Shown: positions 61,025-64,000 of the stretch, in pieces
Numbering within the stretch: position 1 is the first letter of the stretch
How the letters are laid out: the number at the start of each line of letters is the position of its first letter
Position numbers and translations under genes: made by a program
Sequence record: PP449093.1
Source: Escherichia coli phage phiS
Strand: one strand, 5' to 3'
Length of the DNA: 64,000 nucleotides
Notes under the pieces: generated by a model
What the model was told of the DNA's origin: nothing
The model's database searches: none
Seen by the model: the letters and a program-made list of their open reading frames with translations, nothing else

Positions 61025-62203
61025 ATGGCTCAATTCTTTGAAGGGCATTACTATGCATTCCGTGAAGGCGGTAAAGATGAGTTTCTAGACTTTTCTCGCT
61101 ATTCAATTACTCTGACCGATGATTCGCGCCGTGGTCATATTCGGGTTGCTGAAATCGTAGAAAACGGTTTTAAAGTATTAGAAAAAGATGACCACGGTCA
61201 TGTTGTTACTATTGAAGCTGGAGATGTAGTTTATTCCTCTGAGGATATTGTGGACTATTGGGCTACTATGTTTATGCACAATGAGCGTAAATTCTTTAAA
61301 CGTATCTCAAAAGAGGCATACGAAGCAATGAACAAGAAAGAAGATGTAATGCCGACTTACTTTGAAAAAGGTAAGTGCTATTCGTTTACCCCAGAAGGTT
61401 TGCAAGAATTTAAGCGATTCTGGGGAGAGCATGATCCAGATCACAAAGAAGCCATGAAACTTGTTGATTTTGTTGAATATGGCTTTTTAGTTGAAGAAGA
61501 ATTTCATGGGTCGGCTACCATGATCACCGCGAAAGGTGAAACCGTTAAGGCGGATCGTTTTTGTGATCAATGGGCGTGTGTGATTGACGGTGGCGAATTT
61601 GAATACTTCGCTGAAATCACGAAACAACAATTTCATTCTATGCAAGCGGCTGGTCAGAGATTTAAAGTAGGTGAACGCTACAAGCCAAATCAGCATAATT
61701 TGCCATATTGGTTTACCGCTGAAACTGTATCAAGTCATGTTGTTGAAATTGTTCAAAAGCTGGGACAAGGATTTAAGGTAACTAAAGTAGATGATTATGG
61801 AAGTGTTGACGCGGTTGAAATTGATGGTGTAGAATATACACCGAAATCTTTCGGGCTTTGCTGGTATCACCTGATCAGCAATGATGAACGTTATTACTTT
61901 GTTGAACTGCCATCTGAACCGGAAGAAGCACTAGAAGATCATGATCATCTGTCTGAACTGGTTAAACTGTTTGGTGATCTGCCGGATGGTGTAGGCGTGG
62001 CGGTAATGGGTGAAGGTGCTGTTATCCGAAACCTGAAAGACCTTAAAAAGTTCTTGATTGACATGCTGCCTAAACTTGATGATAATCTCGATAAAGATAT
62101 TCAGAATCGCAAAGAAATTGTTAAAGATACTGAAAAAGAGATCGAAGAGATTCGAGCAATTCGCCAGAAGGTGAAAGCAGTAAAGAAAAAAGTTAGTGCT
62201 TGA
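61025..62203 (+). CDS. hypothetical protein, family C (three tandem internal modules plus coiled-coil tail)
   Basis: 392-aa ORF with three approximately 100-aa repeats (Y-x-F ... GF-x-VL ... ERKFFKRI-like ends) and C-terminal LKDLKKFLIDMLPKLDDNLDKD... coiled coil. Confidence 0.6.
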   Translation: MAQFFEGHYYAFREGGKDEFLDFSRYSITLTDDSRRGHIRVAEIVENGFKVLEKDDHGHVVTIEAGDVVYSSEDIVDYWATMFMHNERKFFKRISKEAYEAMNKKEDVMPTYFEKGKCYSFTPEGLQEFKRFWGEHDPDHKEAMKLVDFVEYGFLVEEEFHGSATMITAKGETVKADRFCDQWACVIDGGEFEYFAEITKQQFHSMQAAGQRFKVGERYKPNQHNLPYWFTAETVSSHVVEIVQKLGQGFKVTKVDDYGSVDAVEIDGVEYTPKSFGLCWYHLISNDERYYFVELPSEPEEALEDHDHLSELVKLFGDLPDGVGVAVMGEGAVIRNLKDLKKFLIDMLPKLDDNLDKDIQNRKEIVKDTEKEIEEIRAIRQKVKAVKKKVSA

Positions 62204-62227
62204 CATGCGAAGGGAGTATGCTATAAT
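62200..62227 (+). promoter_or_regulatory. early promoter cassette copy 13 (TTGACA-16-TATAAT) with GGGAGTAT/ATACTCCC palindrome
   Basis: CTTGACATGCGAAGGGAGTATGCTATAATACTCCC then GAGAGGATTATATTATG. Confidence 0.6.
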
Positions 62228-62257
62228 ACTCCCACTTAACAACGAGAGGATTATATT

Positions 62258-62752
62258 ATGTGGGTACAAGATGTTTGGTATACTGTAACTAAAGAAAACC
62301 TTGACGCATTCAGCGACCAATCTTGCGCTAATAGCTCAATTGCTGGTATACTTACTGATGTGTTTGGTGGTGTAGATAAAATTCGTTTTAAAGTTGTTGT
62401 TAGTTCGCTGGGTCAGGTGAAAGATCTTTACACCGAAGATAAAGACCTTGATCTTGAACTTCGTCTTCGTATTGATAATGCAAGTCTAGGTTATTGGTTT
62501 GAAGATAACGAATATGAATACTTCACACCAGCAATTAAAGTTTTTGCGACTAAACTGGAAGCTGTACTGAATCTACGACCAATTAATGTTGACGGCTACA
62601 TTATCAAAAATATTCAGGATTGGGAGTTGTATCTAGATCAGGTTATCCGAAATAGTAAGCAGGAAGCCGCTAATAAGAAGCGACAAGAGATTAAACAGCT
62701 TAAAGCTGAACTGGAATCGGCGGAAAAAGAATTAGCAGAACTGGTAAAATAA
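62258..62752 (+). CDS. hypothetical protein with C-terminal coiled coil (164 aa)
   Basis: C-terminus QEAANKKRQEIKQLKAELESAEKELAELVK; similar tail architecture to the two preceding genes. Confidence 0.55.
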   Translation: MWVQDVWYTVTKENLDAFSDQSCANSSIAGILTDVFGGVDKIRFKVVVSSLGQVKDLYTEDKDLDLELRLRIDNASLGYWFEDNEYEYFTPAIKVFATKLEAVLNLRPINVDGYIIKNIQDWELYLDQVIRNSKQEAANKKRQEIKQLKAELESAEKELAELVK

Positions 62753-62761
62753 CTATCAACG

Positions 62762-62786
62762 AGCGGGAGAAATCCCGCTTTTTCAT
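62762..62786 (+). terminator. hairpin/terminator-like element upstream of nrdD
   Basis: Hairpin AGCGGGAGAAATCCCGCT followed by TTTTTCA. Confidence 0.45.
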
Positions 62787-62796
62787 AGGTGATACA

Positions 62797-63666
62797 ATGG
62801 AAAAACTAATCAAAGACATTACAGAGATCGCAACGGGTAAAGAAAACGAAGTAAGCAAAGAGAACGCGAACAAAGACGCGCGAACATTCCCGACACGTCG
62901 AGATCTGATTGCTGGTGCTGTGTCTAAACAGATTGCTAAAACCGTGTTACCTGAGCACATCTATAAAGCGCATGTAGACGGTGATATTCATTATCATGAT
63001 ATGGATTATGCACCCGCTATGCCGTTTACTAACTGCTGTCTTGTTAATCTCAAAGACATGTTAGAGAATGGTTTTAAATTGGGTAGCGCACAAATCGAAA
63101 GTCCGAAATCAATCGGCGTTGCTTGTGCTGTAACCGCTCAAATTATCGCACAGGTGGCAAGTCATCAATATGGCGGGACCACAATTGCAAACATCGACCA
63201 GGTGTTAGCACCGTATGTTAAGAAAACATATCATAAACACCTTGCTGATGCCGAAACCTACGGAATCAAAGCTGATACTCTCTATGCACAAGAGAAAACA
63301 GAAAAAGAAACGTTAGACGGATATCAGGCGTTGGAATATGAGATCAACACTTTGTTCTCCACCAACGGTCAAACGCCTTTTGTGACTTTAACCTTTGGTA
63401 TGGGTACTAGCTGGGAAGAAAAACTGATTCAGAAAGCGATCCTGAATGTTCGAACTAAAGGTTTAGGTAAAGACGGTATAACTCCGGTGTTTCCTAAGCT
63501 GGTGATGTTCTTAGAAGAAGGATTAAACCTTAAACCGGAAGATCCGAACTACGACATTAAGCAACTTGCATTGGAATGTTCTAGTAAGCGTCTTTACCCT
63601 GATTATATCTCTGCGAAGAATAACCGTAGTATCACTGGATCTAGTGTTCCGGTTAGCCCGATGGGT
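62797..63666 (+). CDS. nrdD: anaerobic ribonucleoside-triphosphate reductase NrdD, exon 1 (reading frame hits a stop at 63673-63675 inside the intron)
   Basis: Blocks FPTRRDLIAGAVSKQIAK, PFTNCCLVNLKDMLENGFKLG, VASHQYGGTT and GSSVPVSPMG match recalled T4 NrdD; ORF breaks after PMG where a group-I-intron-like sequence begins. Confidence 0.8.
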
Positions 63667-64000
63667 AAACTTTAAACAGCTCATCTAAAATCTGCCTAAA
63701 CGGGGGAACTCTCTAGAAGACAATCCCGTGCTAAACATAGCGATCATATTCTCTTTACGCCAATGTGTATAAGAGGATATATTATGGAACTTAGAAAAAT
63801 TCGTGATACCGAATATATGGTATCGAAAGATGGACGGGTGTTTTCTCCTAAAGGTAAACAGTTGAGCACCTGGATAGAAAACAATACCGGATATACATTA
63901 GTAAGGGTAAGGAGAGACAAGAAACCTTTATGTTTGCGTGTTCATGTTATTGTGGCTGAATGCTGGATTCCAAATCCTAACGGCTATCGATACGTGAAAC
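63667..64000 (+). mobile_element. group I intron in nrdD (5' part; continues beyond window) carrying an HNH endonuclease ORF
   Basis: Sequence GCCTAAACGGGGGAACTCTCTAGAAGACAATCCCGTGCTAAA resembles the conserved 5' core I recall from T4 td/nrdD group I introns; the exact 5' splice site is not determined. Confidence 0.6.
63783..64000 (+). CDS. intron-encoded HNH homing endonuclease (I-TevIII-like), 5' part
   Basis: ORF after AAGAGGATATATTATG; NUMOD4-like N-terminus MELRKIRDTEYMVSKDGRVFSPKG; truncated by the window end. Confidence 0.6.

Noticed and set aside
38166-62227. Possible CRISPR array suggested by many near-identical ~30-70 bp repeats
   Set aside because: The repeats are promoter/leader cassettes with -35/-10 and SD elements, irregularly spaced by hundreds to thousands of bp and each followed by an ORF; they are not short direct repeats with uniform spacers.

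Overview
This window is a 64-kb segment of a T4-like (Tevenvirinae-type) myophage genome. Positions 1 to ~33.7 kb hold the late structural and packaging module on the minus strand in T4 order (24 partial, 23, 22, 21, 68, 67, 20, 19, 18, 17, 16, 15, 14, 13, wac, 12, 11, 10, 9, 8, 7, 6, 5.4, 5.1, 5, 53), with TATAAATA late promoters. That module carries several insertions: an HNH endonuclease gene between 19 and 18, a GIY-YIG endonuclease gene between 14 and 13, a methyltransferase island between 9 and 8, and an intein plus nuclease that fractures terminase gene 17 into two separately initiated genes. From ~33.7 kb the plus strand carries genes 4, 2, 3, 1, 57A and 57B (Acb1-like), then a hyperplastic early region of about 70 mostly small ORFs driven by at least 13 copies of a conserved promoter/leader cassette. 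Recognisable genes there include an M15 endolysin, a GrcA-like glycyl radical protein, tk, dam, nrdC, gene 49 and nrdD interrupted by a group I intron. The most unusual feature is the fractured terminase gene with an apparently split intein; other candidates are tandem paralog families, a secreted transglycosylase/macro-domain cluster and a fibritin with a C1q-like C-terminal domain. All calls come from reading the sequence and the ORF track and from recalled T4 biology; no database search was run.
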